DNA from: an uncultured Christensenella sp.
Lineage (GTDB): Bacteria > Bacillota > Clostridia > Christensenellales > CAG-917
NCBI GenBank assembly: GCA_910584155.1
Contig: CAJTYG010000006.1
Location: forward strand, 199-64,198
Direction of reading: 5' to 3'
Length of the DNA: 64,000 nucleotides
Position numbers and translations under genes: made by a program
Notes under the pieces: model-generated
What the model saw: the letters and a program-made list of their open reading frames with translations, nothing else
What the model was told of the DNA's origin: nothing
Database searches by the model: none
Part shown: one piece after another, positions 41,531 through 50,934 of the stretch
Layout: each line of letters begins with the position of its first letter
Position numbering within the stretch: the first letter of the stretch is position 1

Positions 41531-42115
41531 TTATGCAAGCCGCTTTAAACAGTATGCTATGATGTTTTCAACGCCGCTCACCTGCTTTTGCGCCTCGCTT
41601 ACGGCACGCACTGCGTCGGTCTTTGCAATACCCAAGGACTCGAGCGCAAATACTGCGTCCGCAAGATCGCTGTCCAAAACCGCACCGTTTGCAACCGTAT
41701 CCGCCCCTGCGACGTCCTCCGCTGCGACCTCACGCAAATTCAAAACGATAAGCTCGGCTGTCTTTTTGCCAAGTCCCTTTATCTTGCAAAGCGTTTTGAC
41801 GTCGCCGCTTGCGATAGCCACCGTAAGCGTTTTAAGGTCGTAGCCGCCGAGTATCTGCATTGCCATTTTGGGTCCTATACCGCTTATATCGATAAGGCGC
41901 AAAAACAGCTTTTTTTCTTCCTCTCTCGAAAAGCCGTACAACGACATCTCGTCCTCACGGACATAAAGATAGGTGTAAATTTTTACTATTTCGCCCGTGT
42001 CTACGTCATAAAGCGTATTGCCGCTGACGCCGATGTCATAGCCAATCCCGTTGTTTTCAAGGACAATGCCGCAAGCGGACTTGCCCACTATCTTACCTGT
42101 AATATAACTGTACAT
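41531..42115 (-). CDS. ruvA: Holliday junction DNA-binding protein RuvA
   Basis: 194 aa with an OB domain and HhH motifs (...ISGIGPKMA..., ...KGLGKKTAE...). Confidence 0.95.
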   Translation of the reverse strand: MYSYITGKIVGKSACGIVLENNGIGYDIGVSGNTLYDVDTGEIVKIYTYLYVREDEMSLYGFSREEEKKLFLRLIDISGIGPKMAMQILGGYDLKTLTVAIASGDVKTLCKIKGLGKKTAELIVLNLREVAAEDVAGADTVANGAVLDSDLADAVFALESLGIAKTDAVRAVSEAQKQVSGVENIIAYCLKRLA

Positions 42116-42124
42116 ATCTCACCT

Positions 42125-42622
42125 TTATCTTATCTTAAACTGTGCCTGCAGGCGGCTTGTCTGCGCATGGCAGAGCGCAACCGCAAGCGCATCGGCAGCG
42201 TCGTCGGGGCGAGGCACGCTTTTAAGCTTCAAAAGCGCCTGCACCATATGCTGCATCTGCATTTTATCCGCCGCACCGTAGCCCGTTATCGCCTGCTTTA
42301 TCTGATTGGGCGTATACTCGTACACCTCGTCCTCGAGCCTTTTGACTGCGGTGAGCAGTATCACCCCTCTTGCCTCGGCGACAGGAATGCCCGTAGTGAT
42401 ATTCTTGCTGAAAAACAGCTCCTCAATAGCGATGTTTTCGGGCTTGAACGTATCGATAAGCTCCGCTACACCGCTTTCTATCTGCGTAAGGCGTGCGGGC
42501 AAAGTACATTCCTTAGGCGTTGTGACAACGCCGTAATCGACAACTCTGAAGTTGCCGTGCACCGCTTCTATTACGCCGTAGCCCATCGTCGCAAGACCGG
42601 GGTCTATGCCGAGTATTATCAT
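42125..42622 (-). CDS. ruvC: crossover junction endodeoxyribonuclease RuvC
   Basis: 165 aa, MIILGIDPGLATMGYGVIE... RNase H-fold start. Confidence 0.95.
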   Translation of the reverse strand: MIILGIDPGLATMGYGVIEAVHGNFRVVDYGVVTTPKECTLPARLTQIESGVAELIDTFKPENIAIEELFFSKNITTGIPVAEARGVILLTAVKRLEDEVYEYTPNQIKQAITGYGAADKMQMQHMVQALLKLKSVPRPDDAADALAVALCHAQTSRLQAQFKIR

Positions 42623-42623
42623 A

Positions 42624-43697
42624 TCAGTCTGTCAAAATGCTGTTTTCGTTTTCAAAATCAAACAGCATAACCTTTTCTATTTTGGGCAGAGTGCAAACCC
42701 TGCTTTTTTTGACGGCGCTTTCAACGCAAATGCCCGATACGGTATGCAAAATATATCTACCGTCCTCAAACACCGCATAGGCTACATCTTCTAAACGCTC
42801 GCCGTCATCTGCAAAATCGCAGGCGTGCCAGCCAACGTATATCTGCTTATTTTCATAGCCGTAGGCTATTTTACCGATAAACGCACTGCCGTCAAGCCTA
42901 TATTCGTCGGACGGCTTGTTTGGAGTTTTCACACCGAGCACCACCGTAAGCTTGCCGTTTTCCGCCTCGAGCCGTGCCCTTTCAAAGTAATAATGCCTGT
43001 CTGTCGCCTGCGCCGCCCATATATTTGACGGAGCGTCGTATATGCGTTTTGCGCTGTCAAGCTGTTTAAGCTCGCCGCAGTGCAAAACAGCTATCCTGTC
43101 CGAAATTGACAACGCCTCTTTGAGGCTCTTTGTGGAATATATCACGCTTACGCCCGACTTTGCTATCTCAAGCAAAATGGGCATAACCTCGCCCCAAAGC
43201 TCGTCGGCTTCCTCACGGCTAAGTCCGTCCGTGATGTCGTCAACAAGCAGCGCTCTGTACTTGCGCAGAAACAGCCTGGCTATCGCAAGCCTTTTTATGT
43301 CTATGAGCGGCATTTTGCGCACCCTCTCATACAGGCACGCAACTATGCCGAGACGCTCGGCGCACTCCTTGACCTTTTTGTCGATATCCGCCTTGTCGTA
43401 GCCTCTTATCATAAGCGGATAGGCAAGATTATAATAAAAGCTGCGGTTTTCAAATACCGCAAGGTCGTCAAAAACCATAACAACGTCATCGGGACGCTTT
43501 GCCACGCTGTTGCCGTCGATGAGCACCTTGCCGTCGCAGTCCGTCACGCCTGCTATCACCTTTAAAAGCGTGGTCTTGCCGCTGCCGTTATCGCCGAGTA
43601 ATGCGACAATTTCGCCGTCGGCAACACACATCTCGGTTGCGCCGAGTATGCGTGCACCGTACAGATATTGCTTTGTGACTCCCTCAAGCTCTATCAT
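42624..43697 (-). CDS. orphan ABC-type ATPase with degenerate signature and Walker B motifs plus a MalK-like C-terminal domain
   Basis: 357 aa. Walker A GDNGSGKTT is intact. The signature position reads MPLIDIK instead of LSGGQ. Walker B reads LLVDDI (D in place of the catalytic E). No permease gene nearby. Confidence 0.7.
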   Translation of the reverse strand: MIELEGVTKQYLYGARILGATEMCVADGEIVALLGDNGSGKTTLLKVIAGVTDCDGKVLIDGNSVAKRPDDVVMVFDDLAVFENRSFYYNLAYPLMIRGYDKADIDKKVKECAERLGIVACLYERVRKMPLIDIKRLAIARLFLRKYRALLVDDITDGLSREEADELWGEVMPILLEIAKSGVSVIYSTKSLKEALSISDRIAVLHCGELKQLDSAKRIYDAPSNIWAAQATDRHYYFERARLEAENGKLTVVLGVKTPNKPSDEYRLDGSAFIGKIAYGYENKQIYVGWHACDFADDGERLEDVAYAVFEDGRYILHTVSGICVESAVKKSRVCTLPKIEKVMLFDFENENSILTD

Positions 43698-44275
43698 CAG
43701 AGTATATCGAGCGACGAGTTGAACCCGTCCATAAAATTGTCAAGGAAGTATCCAAGCTCGGGATAGTCCACCCTTGTCTCGTCAAGCACCTTCTGCAAAC
43801 GCCCGAAGGCCTTGTCAAATTCACTGTTGCCAAGCAACCTTTCCTCAGCGCACTTGACGTACGCCGACAGTTTGTCGGCTATCTTCATTATTTTGTATTC
43901 CTCGCTGCTCTCGTCGGGCTCTATGTAGTCCTGATAAGTCGTGCGAAGCTCCTCGGGCATAGATTCAAGCAATCTCTCGTTTATCGCCTGCTCTATCTCG
44001 CTGTACGCCCCCTTTATCCCTGCGTTGTAATACTTTACGGGCGTAGGCAGATCGCCGCTGACGACCTCGGCAGTATCGTGATAAAGCGCAAGCGAAGCGA
44101 TCTTGTCCACGTTTACGTTGCCGCCGAAAAGCGTATTGCGGATGATGCCGAGCGCCTGCCCGAATATGGCGACCGATGCCGAATGCTGCATAAGGTCCTC
44201 TTTGATGTTTGAGCGCATCAAATTCCACCGCTGAATAAGCTTCATTCTGTTCATAAAAGCGTAAAACGTATACAT
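43697..44275 (-). CDS. HD-domain 5'-deoxynucleotidase (YfbR-like)
   Basis: ...HSASVAIFG...LYHDTAEVVSGDLPTPVK... HD motifs. ATG at 44275; the ORF is open to 44344. Confidence 0.8.
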   Translation of the reverse strand: MYTFYAFMNRMKLIQRWNLMRSNIKEDLMQHSASVAIFGQALGIIRNTLFGGNVNVDKIASLALYHDTAEVVSGDLPTPVKYYNAGIKGAYSEIEQAINERLLESMPEELRTTYQDYIEPDESSEEYKIMKIADKLSAYVKCAEERLLGNSEFDKAFGRLQKVLDETRVDYPELGYFLDNFMDGFNSSLDIL

Positions 44276-44373
44276 ATCAAACCTCTTTATCGCATATTTG
44301 CAAAGCCTCTTTGCAGCTTTAGTATGCAACAGGCAGTGTACCAAAAACGGTACGCTGCCCGAATGTCCGCATA

Positions 44374-45765
44374 TCAGATGATATATTTATCGCTCTTTTT
44401 GGGAGCATTTTCAAGCTCTGCCTTTTTCGCCTCGTAGCCGTGTCTGTCAAACATCGCATAGGTTGCGTTTTTGCCTTCCTCGACGCCGGGCTGATTGAAC
44501 GTATCGATGTTGAGCATCTTGCCGCAATATGCGGTTTCAAGCTGGAAGAACATCAACAGTTGACCTATCGTGCGTGCGTTCACTTCGTCAAGCAGAATGG
44601 TTCTGTTCATATGCTTCGAGCGTGTAAGCGCATATTCCGTCGCCTTGCGCTCGGTGTTGATAAGCTCGCTCATCGTATGTCCGCAAAGGAAGTTTACATC
44701 CGCAAATTGCTCCGCACCGTCGGCTATAACAACGTCCTTTCTGAATTTTTCGACGCCGATGATGGTGATGACCTTGTCAAACGGACCTTCCGTATACAGT
44801 TGCACCTGCGAGTGCTGATCTGTCACGCCAAGCGCCTTGACGGGGGTTTGTCCGACGTGCACGGTCTTGCCGTCAAAATCGACAGCCTTGCCGAGGCTTT
44901 CGCCCCAAAGCTGACAGTACCAGTCCGCCATAAGCTTGAGCGAATCCGCATAAGGCATCATAACGGATATGTTCTTGCCCTTTTGCGACATCGCTATGTA
45001 CTGCAAGACTGCAGCCATAAGCGCAGGGTTTTTGTATGGATCGGAGCCGTTGCACTTTTTGTCCATCTCGCTTGCGCCTATCAGAAGTCCGATTATATCT
45101 ATGCCGAGCACTGCCGCAGGCAGCAGTCCTACGGGACAAAGCTCGCTGAAACGTCCGCCAACTCCGTCGGGAATGAAATACGTCTTAAAGCCCTCTTCCT
45201 TTGCAAGCTTTATAAGGTTACCCTTGCTCTCGGACGTAGTTGCAATGATGTGCTTTGCCCAGTCCTTGCCGCATTTTTTCTTCAAAATGTCCGTAATGAT
45301 GAGATATTGGCTCATCGTTTCGGAGGTTGCGCCGCTCTTTGTAACTACGTTGAACATAGTTTCGGCGGGATCTATCACATCGAGCAAAGCCGCCATTCTT
45401 TCGGGGTCGACGTTATCTTCTACATAAAATCTGACGCCTCGCTTGTCCTCGTCAAGCTCGTTGTATCTGAGATGGCATAGCGCATTGAACACCGCCATAG
45501 GACCGAGTGCGCTTCCGCCTATGCCGAGCACGACAAAGTTTTTAAACTTTGCACGCACTTCCGCCGCCGTAACGATGATGTCACGCACGATTTCCTCTTG
45601 ATTGTACGGAAGCTCCGACCAACCCATCCAGCCCGTGCCTCTGTTTTTCTCAAAATAGGTGTAGGCGTCCTCCGCTTTTGCCTGAACGGCGGATATCTCT
45701 TTTTCGGAAATACCCTCGTCGCCGATGTAAGCGTCCATCATATTGTTGAAATCAAATTTGATCAT
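44374..45765 (-). CDS. pgi: glucose-6-phosphate isomerase
   Basis: 463 aa with SIS-domain PGI motifs (...GIGGSALGP..., ...SKSGATSET...). Confidence 0.9.
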   Translation of the reverse strand: MIKFDFNNMMDAYIGDEGISEKEISAVQAKAEDAYTYFEKNRGTGWMGWSELPYNQEEIVRDIIVTAAEVRAKFKNFVVLGIGGSALGPMAVFNALCHLRYNELDEDKRGVRFYVEDNVDPERMAALLDVIDPAETMFNVVTKSGATSETMSQYLIITDILKKKCGKDWAKHIIATTSESKGNLIKLAKEEGFKTYFIPDGVGGRFSELCPVGLLPAAVLGIDIIGLLIGASEMDKKCNGSDPYKNPALMAAVLQYIAMSQKGKNISVMMPYADSLKLMADWYCQLWGESLGKAVDFDGKTVHVGQTPVKALGVTDQHSQVQLYTEGPFDKVITIIGVEKFRKDVVIADGAEQFADVNFLCGHTMSELINTERKATEYALTRSKHMNRTILLDEVNARTIGQLLMFFQLETAYCGKMLNIDTFNQPGVEEGKNATYAMFDRHGYEAKKAELENAPKKSDKYII

Positions 45766-46550
45766 TTTGCTCCTCCGATAAGGTTTTTTAGATATTTGAC
45801 CGACTGCGCCACTTCATCGTAGCCGCCGTAATTTTTTGCATATTGCTCTATCATAAGAGGTCCGTCATATCCGTAATCTTTAAGCCTCTCAATCAGCTCT
45901 TCAAACGGAAATACGCCCTGCCCGACCATTGCGATATTGCCGTCCTCTGCAACGTCGCTGACGTGCACGTTTTTTAAGGTATCGCCCATAACGTCAAGAT
46001 ATTCACGCCAATCGTAGCCGGACTGCCTTGCCTGCTTTATATCCAGAACACAGCCGCAATTTGGCGAATATTCTTTCATATCCGCATAAAACTGCGGAGC
46101 GTTGAACGTCGCCCAATGTACGTTTTCAAGACACAGCGTTATGCCGTACTCGCTTGCTATTTCGCCAAGCTCACGCATACGCCTGCCCACCCATACGGGA
46201 TCGAAATACGAGCCTTTTTTAAGCCTCGAAAGCCCGTGAAAGGTATACACCCTTGCGCCGAGCTGCCTGCCGACCGCAAGCACACGTCTGAAGGTAGCTT
46301 CCGCATCGCAGACGGTGCGTGGCGCAAGATTGAACAACTGCGGCTCGAATTGTGTATTGAGCGAGTGGACGGAATATACGTCAAGCGTGCCCTTTCTTTG
46401 TATAAGCAGCTCGCCGAAAGAGGGCTCGTATTCGCTTTGAGTTGTCAAAAACACCTCGCAGGTCTGCCCTCCGCAACGTTGAATGACCGAGAACGTATCC
46501 TCGGTCAATTCTTTCAAAAAAAACGTAGCTGTCGATATGCCGACAAGCAT
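45762..46550 (-). CDS. sugar phosphate isomerase/epimerase (xylose isomerase-like TIM barrel)
   Basis: About 262 aa from MLVGISTATF... at 46550; the ORF is open to 46577. Overlaps the pgi start by 4 nt. Confidence 0.7.
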   Translation of the reverse strand: MLVGISTATFFLKELTEDTFSVIQRCGGQTCEVFLTTQSEYEPSFGELLIQRKGTLDVYSVHSLNTQFEPQLFNLAPRTVCDAEATFRRVLAVGRQLGARVYTFHGLSRLKKGSYFDPVWVGRRMRELGEIASEYGITLCLENVHWATFNAPQFYADMKEYSPNCGCVLDIKQARQSGYDWREYLDVMGDTLKNVHVSDVAEDGNIAMVGQGVFPFEELIERLKDYGYDGPLMIEQYAKNYGGYDEVAQSVKYLKNLIGGAK

Positions 46551-46551
46551 A

Positions 46552-46884
46552 TTACTCCTCGCCGTCCTCATACACATTCGGAGCGCCCTTTTTATCCTTG
46601 CCCCAAATGTCCTTTTGCTTTCTCATCTGTCCGAGAAGCCTCGGAATGACCGTATCCACGTTGTCAAACGGAGAATCCGAAACAGCTTCCGCACGGTAGG
46701 TCTGTCCACGTGTGACGACCACAAGGTCGGTCGTATAAACCTCGTTTTCCAAAGTGACGGTAAACTTCACTTGAGCATCGTCGTCACCCGACAAGCGCCT
46801 TGCAAGCTTAGCGCACTTCTTTTCCGTGACGGATTTCAGCGAATCGCTTGGGCTGTAGTTTTTGCCGTAAATTTCAAGTTTCAT
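46552..46884 (-). CDS. raiA: short ribosome-associated inhibitor / hibernation factor (RaiA/YfiA-type)
   Basis: 110 aa, MKLEIYGKNYSPSDSLKSVTEKKCAKL... S30AE-family N-domain. Lacks the long-HPF dimerisation domain. Confidence 0.8.
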   Translation of the reverse strand: MKLEIYGKNYSPSDSLKSVTEKKCAKLARRLSGDDDAQVKFTVTLENEVYTTDLVVVTRGQTYRAEAVSDSPFDNVDTVIPRLLGQMRKQKDIWGKDKKGAPNVYEDGEE

Positions 46885-46950
46885 AGCAAGCCTCCTCGTT
46901 GTTTTTTGTTTATTATATTATAACAAATATCTTTTATATATTCAATAAGA

Positions 46951-46987
46951 AAACAAAAAAACCGTGAATTTTTTTATTTCACGGTTT
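46951..46987 (-). terminator. rho-independent terminator after clpC
   Basis: aaccgtgaa / ttcacggtt stem, followed on the minus strand by U7. Confidence 0.85.
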
Positions 46988-47022
46988 ATCCTTTCATTTT
47001 GGCATTTAAACCCTGTTTTGCG

Positions 47023-49542
47023 TTAAATTTTGCTGAATACAAGCGTGTTATCCACACAATCTACTCTCACCCTGTCGCCGTCGCCATATTCGCCTGCGAT
47101 GAGCATTTCGCTCAGCTTATCTTCAACAAGCCTCTGTATCGTGCGGCGCAGAGGTCTTGCTCCGTACTGTGCGTCATAGCCCTCGTTTACGATATATGCC
47201 TTTGCGTCAGCGGTTATTTCCAAAATCACGCCACGCTCGTCAAGACGATCGATAAGCGCCTTGAACATAAGATTTGCAATGCGTACAAGCGCTTCCTTGG
47301 CAAGCTTTTCAAACACGATTATCTCGTCTATTCTATTGATGATTTCGGGCTTCATATAGCTTTTAAGCGCCTGTATATGTTTTTCCCTGTTGCGTTCGGT
47401 CTCGTTTTCAACACTGCTTTCCGCCGCACCGAAGCCGACGTTGCTCTGTGCCTCGGCAGCCTCTTTTGCGCCGATATTGGATGTGAGAATTATCACCGTA
47501 TTTTTAAAGCTTACCGTACGCCCGTGGCTGTCTGTAAGCACGCCGTCCTCAAGTATTTGCAGCAGCAGATTGTATATGTCGGAGTGTCCCTTTTCTATCT
47601 CGTCAAACAGCACGACGGAATACGGCTTTCTGCGCACCTTTTCGGTGAGCTGTCCGCCCTCTTCATATCCAACAAGACCGGGAGCCGAGCCGATGAGGCG
47701 GGATACGTTTTCCTTTTCCATATATTCGGACATATCTATGCGGATAAGCATATCGTCGTCGCCGAACAGCGTGCCCGCAAGCGCCTTTGCAAGCTCCGTC
47801 TTTCCCACACCCGTGGGACCTAAGAATATAAACGAGCCCACAGGACGCTTTGGATCCTTCAGCCCTGCTCTTGCACGCTTGATAGCTCTTGCCACTGCGC
47901 AGCACGCCTCGTCCTGTCCTATCACTCTCGCCTGCAACGCACTCTCGAGGTTTACGAGCTTTTCACTTTCACCGCTCGTCAGCTTGTTTACGGGGATACC
48001 CGTCCAACTGCCCACGATATCGGCTATATCTTCCTCGTCGACGACAAGATTTGCATTGCTCTTTTTAGCTTCCCATTCAAGCTCCGCCCTTTGCTTTTGC
48101 TCGGCATATTCGTCACGCAACGCCTTGAGCTTGATACACTTGTCAAACTGCTCTCTCTTAGTCGCCTCTTTAAGCTCGAAATCGGCTTGCTTTAGCTTCA
48201 AGTCCAAATCTCTTATTTCCTGCGGCGTTGTAAAACCGTATATCTTCTTTTTTGACGACGCCTCGTCAAGCAGGTCTATCGCCTTGTCGGGCAAGAATCT
48301 GTCGGGCACATATCTGTCCGACAGTATGACCGCCGCCGATATAGCCTCGTCGGTTATCTTCACGCCGTGGTGCTTTTCGTATTTTGTGCGCAAGCCCTGC
48401 AAAATTTCGATAGCCTCGCTTGCGGTCGGTTCTTCCACCAAAACGGGCTGAAAGCGGCGTTCGAGCGCACTGTCCTGTTCAAATTGCTTGCGATATTCCT
48501 CAAGCGTGGTTGCGCCTACGGTTTGCAGCTCGCCCCTTGCGAGCATAGGCTTCAAAATGTTGGCGATGTCAAGTCCGCCGTCGCTTGCGCCCGCTTTCAA
48601 AATGGTATGTATTTCATCTATAAACAAAATCACGTTACCCTTTTGCTTGATGCCGTCAAGCATACTCTTCAGCCTTTCTTCAAAATCGCCTCTGTATCTC
48701 GTGCCCGCAACCAGCGACGTAAGATCCAACGAAAACAACGTTTTATCCAAAAGCGCATCGGGCACTGCGCCCGTCACAATAGCCTGCGCAAGCCCCTCGA
48801 TGACCGCAGATTTACCTACGCCCGGCTCGCCTATGAGCACGGGATTGTTTTTTGTGCAGCGACACAGCACCTGTATCACCCTTTCCGTTTCCTTACCTCT
48901 GCCGATGATGGGATCGAGCTTCCCCTGCCTTGCCTTTTCAGTGAGGTCTACGCCGAATTTGAGCAAATCGAATTCGCCGTCCTTCTTTTCCTCCTTGGGT
49001 TGGCTTTGCGTGGCGTATTGCGGACTGTAGCTTATTCCGTTTAAAACTTCGTTTACGCTTCTGCTTTGATTTCCGTCCGACGGCGTGCAACAGCTCTCTA
49101 CTTCGGACACGCATAGTGCGCCGCCGTCTATCCTGCTTGTTATCGCATTGTAGGTGAGCTTTTGCAGTTGTACAGGTTCCACGCCGAAGCTGCGCAGTAT
49201 GTCGCAGGCGACCGAGCTTTCGTTTTCAAGCAGGGTGTACAAAAGATGCTCGGGCTCAACGACGCCGAAGCCTATCTTCTGCGCCACGTTTGCCGCCGCC
49301 TCTACGGCAAGACTCGCACGGGGCGACAGTCTCACGTCGGCAGTCGGCGGCGTAGGCTTAAAAAACGTCAGAACTAAGCTCGGGCTTAAGCCGCACTGCT
49401 CAAGCAGCTCATGCGCATCGGTGCCGCCTACGCAGACAAGCCCGTAAAGCAAATGCTCCGTGCAGATGAGCCCTGCCGTCCTTACCGCAAGGTCGCTTGC
49501 GGTTTCCAACACCGCTTTGGTCAAATCGGAATATACTATCAT
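47023..49542 (-). CDS. clpC: ATP-dependent Clp protease ATP-binding subunit ClpC
   Basis: 839 aa with N-terminal Clp repeats and two AAA+ modules (GEPGVGKS, GPTGVGKT). Confidence 0.95.
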   Translation of the reverse strand: MIVYSDLTKAVLETASDLAVRTAGLICTEHLLYGLVCVGGTDAHELLEQCGLSPSLVLTFFKPTPPTADVRLSPRASLAVEAAANVAQKIGFGVVEPEHLLYTLLENESSVACDILRSFGVEPVQLQKLTYNAITSRIDGGALCVSEVESCCTPSDGNQSRSVNEVLNGISYSPQYATQSQPKEEKKDGEFDLLKFGVDLTEKARQGKLDPIIGRGKETERVIQVLCRCTKNNPVLIGEPGVGKSAVIEGLAQAIVTGAVPDALLDKTLFSLDLTSLVAGTRYRGDFEERLKSMLDGIKQKGNVILFIDEIHTILKAGASDGGLDIANILKPMLARGELQTVGATTLEEYRKQFEQDSALERRFQPVLVEEPTASEAIEILQGLRTKYEKHHGVKITDEAISAAVILSDRYVPDRFLPDKAIDLLDEASSKKKIYGFTTPQEIRDLDLKLKQADFELKEATKREQFDKCIKLKALRDEYAEQKQRAELEWEAKKSNANLVVDEEDIADIVGSWTGIPVNKLTSGESEKLVNLESALQARVIGQDEACCAVARAIKRARAGLKDPKRPVGSFIFLGPTGVGKTELAKALAGTLFGDDDMLIRIDMSEYMEKENVSRLIGSAPGLVGYEEGGQLTEKVRRKPYSVVLFDEIEKGHSDIYNLLLQILEDGVLTDSHGRTVSFKNTVIILTSNIGAKEAAEAQSNVGFGAAESSVENETERNREKHIQALKSYMKPEIINRIDEIIVFEKLAKEALVRIANLMFKALIDRLDERGVILEITADAKAYIVNEGYDAQYGARPLRRTIQRLVEDKLSEMLIAGEYGDGDRVRVDCVDNTLVFSKI

Positions 49543-50927
49543 TTATCCTCCGCAAGGATACGTCTGACTATTTGCGCACGGATCTTATCCCGTTCCGCCA
49601 CGCCTATATCCTTGTTGCTAATCTCAAGTGATGAGGAGCATTCCTCAATTATCCTGTTAAGCACGCCCGTGCTTTTTATGGGCAGAATGCCCAAAATAAC
49701 GCCCAGCTTCACGTCTACGACAAGCTTCATAAGCTCCTGCGACGTAAGGGTGTATGCATTTGTCAGCACGCCGTAGCTTCTGCCTATGTCGTTGAACATC
49801 GCCGAATTATCCTCGCTCACAAGCCTCTCGAGCGCAACTCTTTCACAGTAACACAGTTTTATCACGGCTTGTTCAATCTGCTTTATCGTATCTGTTTCGC
49901 TCATTCCGAACGTGCGTGAATTTGAAATCTGATACATATCGTAAGCAAACTCGCTACCCTCGCCGAAATATCCTCGCACGGCAAGCCCGTAAGCCTCTTT
50001 TATCGTTTTAAGTGCGTCGTTTATAGCCCCCGTACGCCTCAAAGCAGGCAAAAACAGCATTTCGGACGCACGCATGCCCGTGCCGACGTTTGTCGGACAG
50101 GCGGTGAGATAGCCAAACTGTCTGTCATATGCAAGCTCAAACTGCTTTGCAAGCTGTGCGTCATAGCTTTTTAAGCGTTTATAAGCAGTGTTTAAGGCGT
50201 GTCCGTCCACAACGCACTGCTCTCTGATATGGTCCTCCTCAAAAACCATTATAGACATCTGCGGACGGTTGCCCTTTTCTATTATAACTGCGCCGTTTTG
50301 ATTGTTATTTGCAAGCGGCAATGAAATAAAGTGGCGTTCTAACAGCACCTTTTTTTGCATATCGGACAGGCTTGCCATAGTATGTACACCTGCCTCGAAC
50401 ACGCCCTTTGCCGCTATCTCGGCGCCCTTTAGCAGCGCTAAGGCACGCACGTCCTTATTGCGCAGCATATGCGGAAATTCAAGTCCGTTGACATTTCTTG
50501 CAAAGCGCAGCCTTGACGACACTACGTTGTCCCTTACAAGGTCGTCCGCACTGCACTCGTCCGCCGTCTTAAAGCCGTCCTTTGTCTTTCCCTGCGCTTT
50601 TTTAAACGGCACTCTCTGTATAAAAATATTTTCGCTGCCCTGCGTGCGCATTATCGCATCGCTTGCAAACGCTCTCATCGTGCGATAGCAGTCGGGACAG
50701 CCAAAGAGCATCGTTTTTTCAAACTGCTCTGCGGTATAGCCGCACACGGGGCACTCTCTGCCCCTGCGTGCAAGACGTCGCTTTGCTTCCTCATGGGGCA
50801 AAACTCCGCCCTTCACGGCACGGCTGTAGCACGCCTCACAGTAAGCGTACTCGACTGCCTTTCCGTTTTCTACGATGCGCTCTATCCTTTCTGCCGCACC
50901 GCCGCATATATCACACGACCTTTGCAT
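49539..50927 (-). CDS. mcsB: fused McsA-like zinc-finger domain plus protein arginine kinase McsB
   Basis: 462 aa. The N-terminal ~100 aa carry two CxxC...CxxC pairs (CDICGG...CEACY; CPVCGYTAEQFEKTMLFGCPDCY). The remainder is an ATP:guanido phosphotransferase domain. Overlaps clpC by 4 nt. Confidence 0.85.
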   Translation of the reverse strand: MQRSCDICGGAAERIERIVENGKAVEYAYCEACYSRAVKGGVLPHEEAKRRLARRGRECPVCGYTAEQFEKTMLFGCPDCYRTMRAFASDAIMRTQGSENIFIQRVPFKKAQGKTKDGFKTADECSADDLVRDNVVSSRLRFARNVNGLEFPHMLRNKDVRALALLKGAEIAAKGVFEAGVHTMASLSDMQKKVLLERHFISLPLANNNQNGAVIIEKGNRPQMSIMVFEEDHIREQCVVDGHALNTAYKRLKSYDAQLAKQFELAYDRQFGYLTACPTNVGTGMRASEMLFLPALRRTGAINDALKTIKEAYGLAVRGYFGEGSEFAYDMYQISNSRTFGMSETDTIKQIEQAVIKLCYCERVALERLVSEDNSAMFNDIGRSYGVLTNAYTLTSQELMKLVVDVKLGVILGILPIKSTGVLNRIIEECSSSLEISNKDIGVAERDKIRAQIVRRILAEDK

Positions 50928-50934
50928 ATTGATT

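Noticed and set aside
41588-42670. 360-aa plus-strand ORF spanning ruvA and ruvC
   Set aside because: It is entirely antisense to two unmistakable conserved genes. Its composition is Arg/Cys/His-rich and has no motifs. This is a typical shadow ORF in GC-balanced DNA.
44440-45480. 346-aa plus-strand ORF antisense to pgi, with similar long antisense ORFs at 27720-28766 (hemZ), 47390-48451 and 48367-49044 (clpC), 24294-24980 (pnp) and 52172-52906 (galE)
   Set aside because: Each is fully overlapped by a strongly supported gene on the other strand, and none has a recognisable domain. Treated as shadow ORFs.
49516-49531. GGTCAAATCGGAATAT near the clpC start as a possible CtsR box
   Set aside because: Only one GGTCAAA half-site is present, with no tandem repeat, and it lies inside the mcsB/clpC coding overlap.
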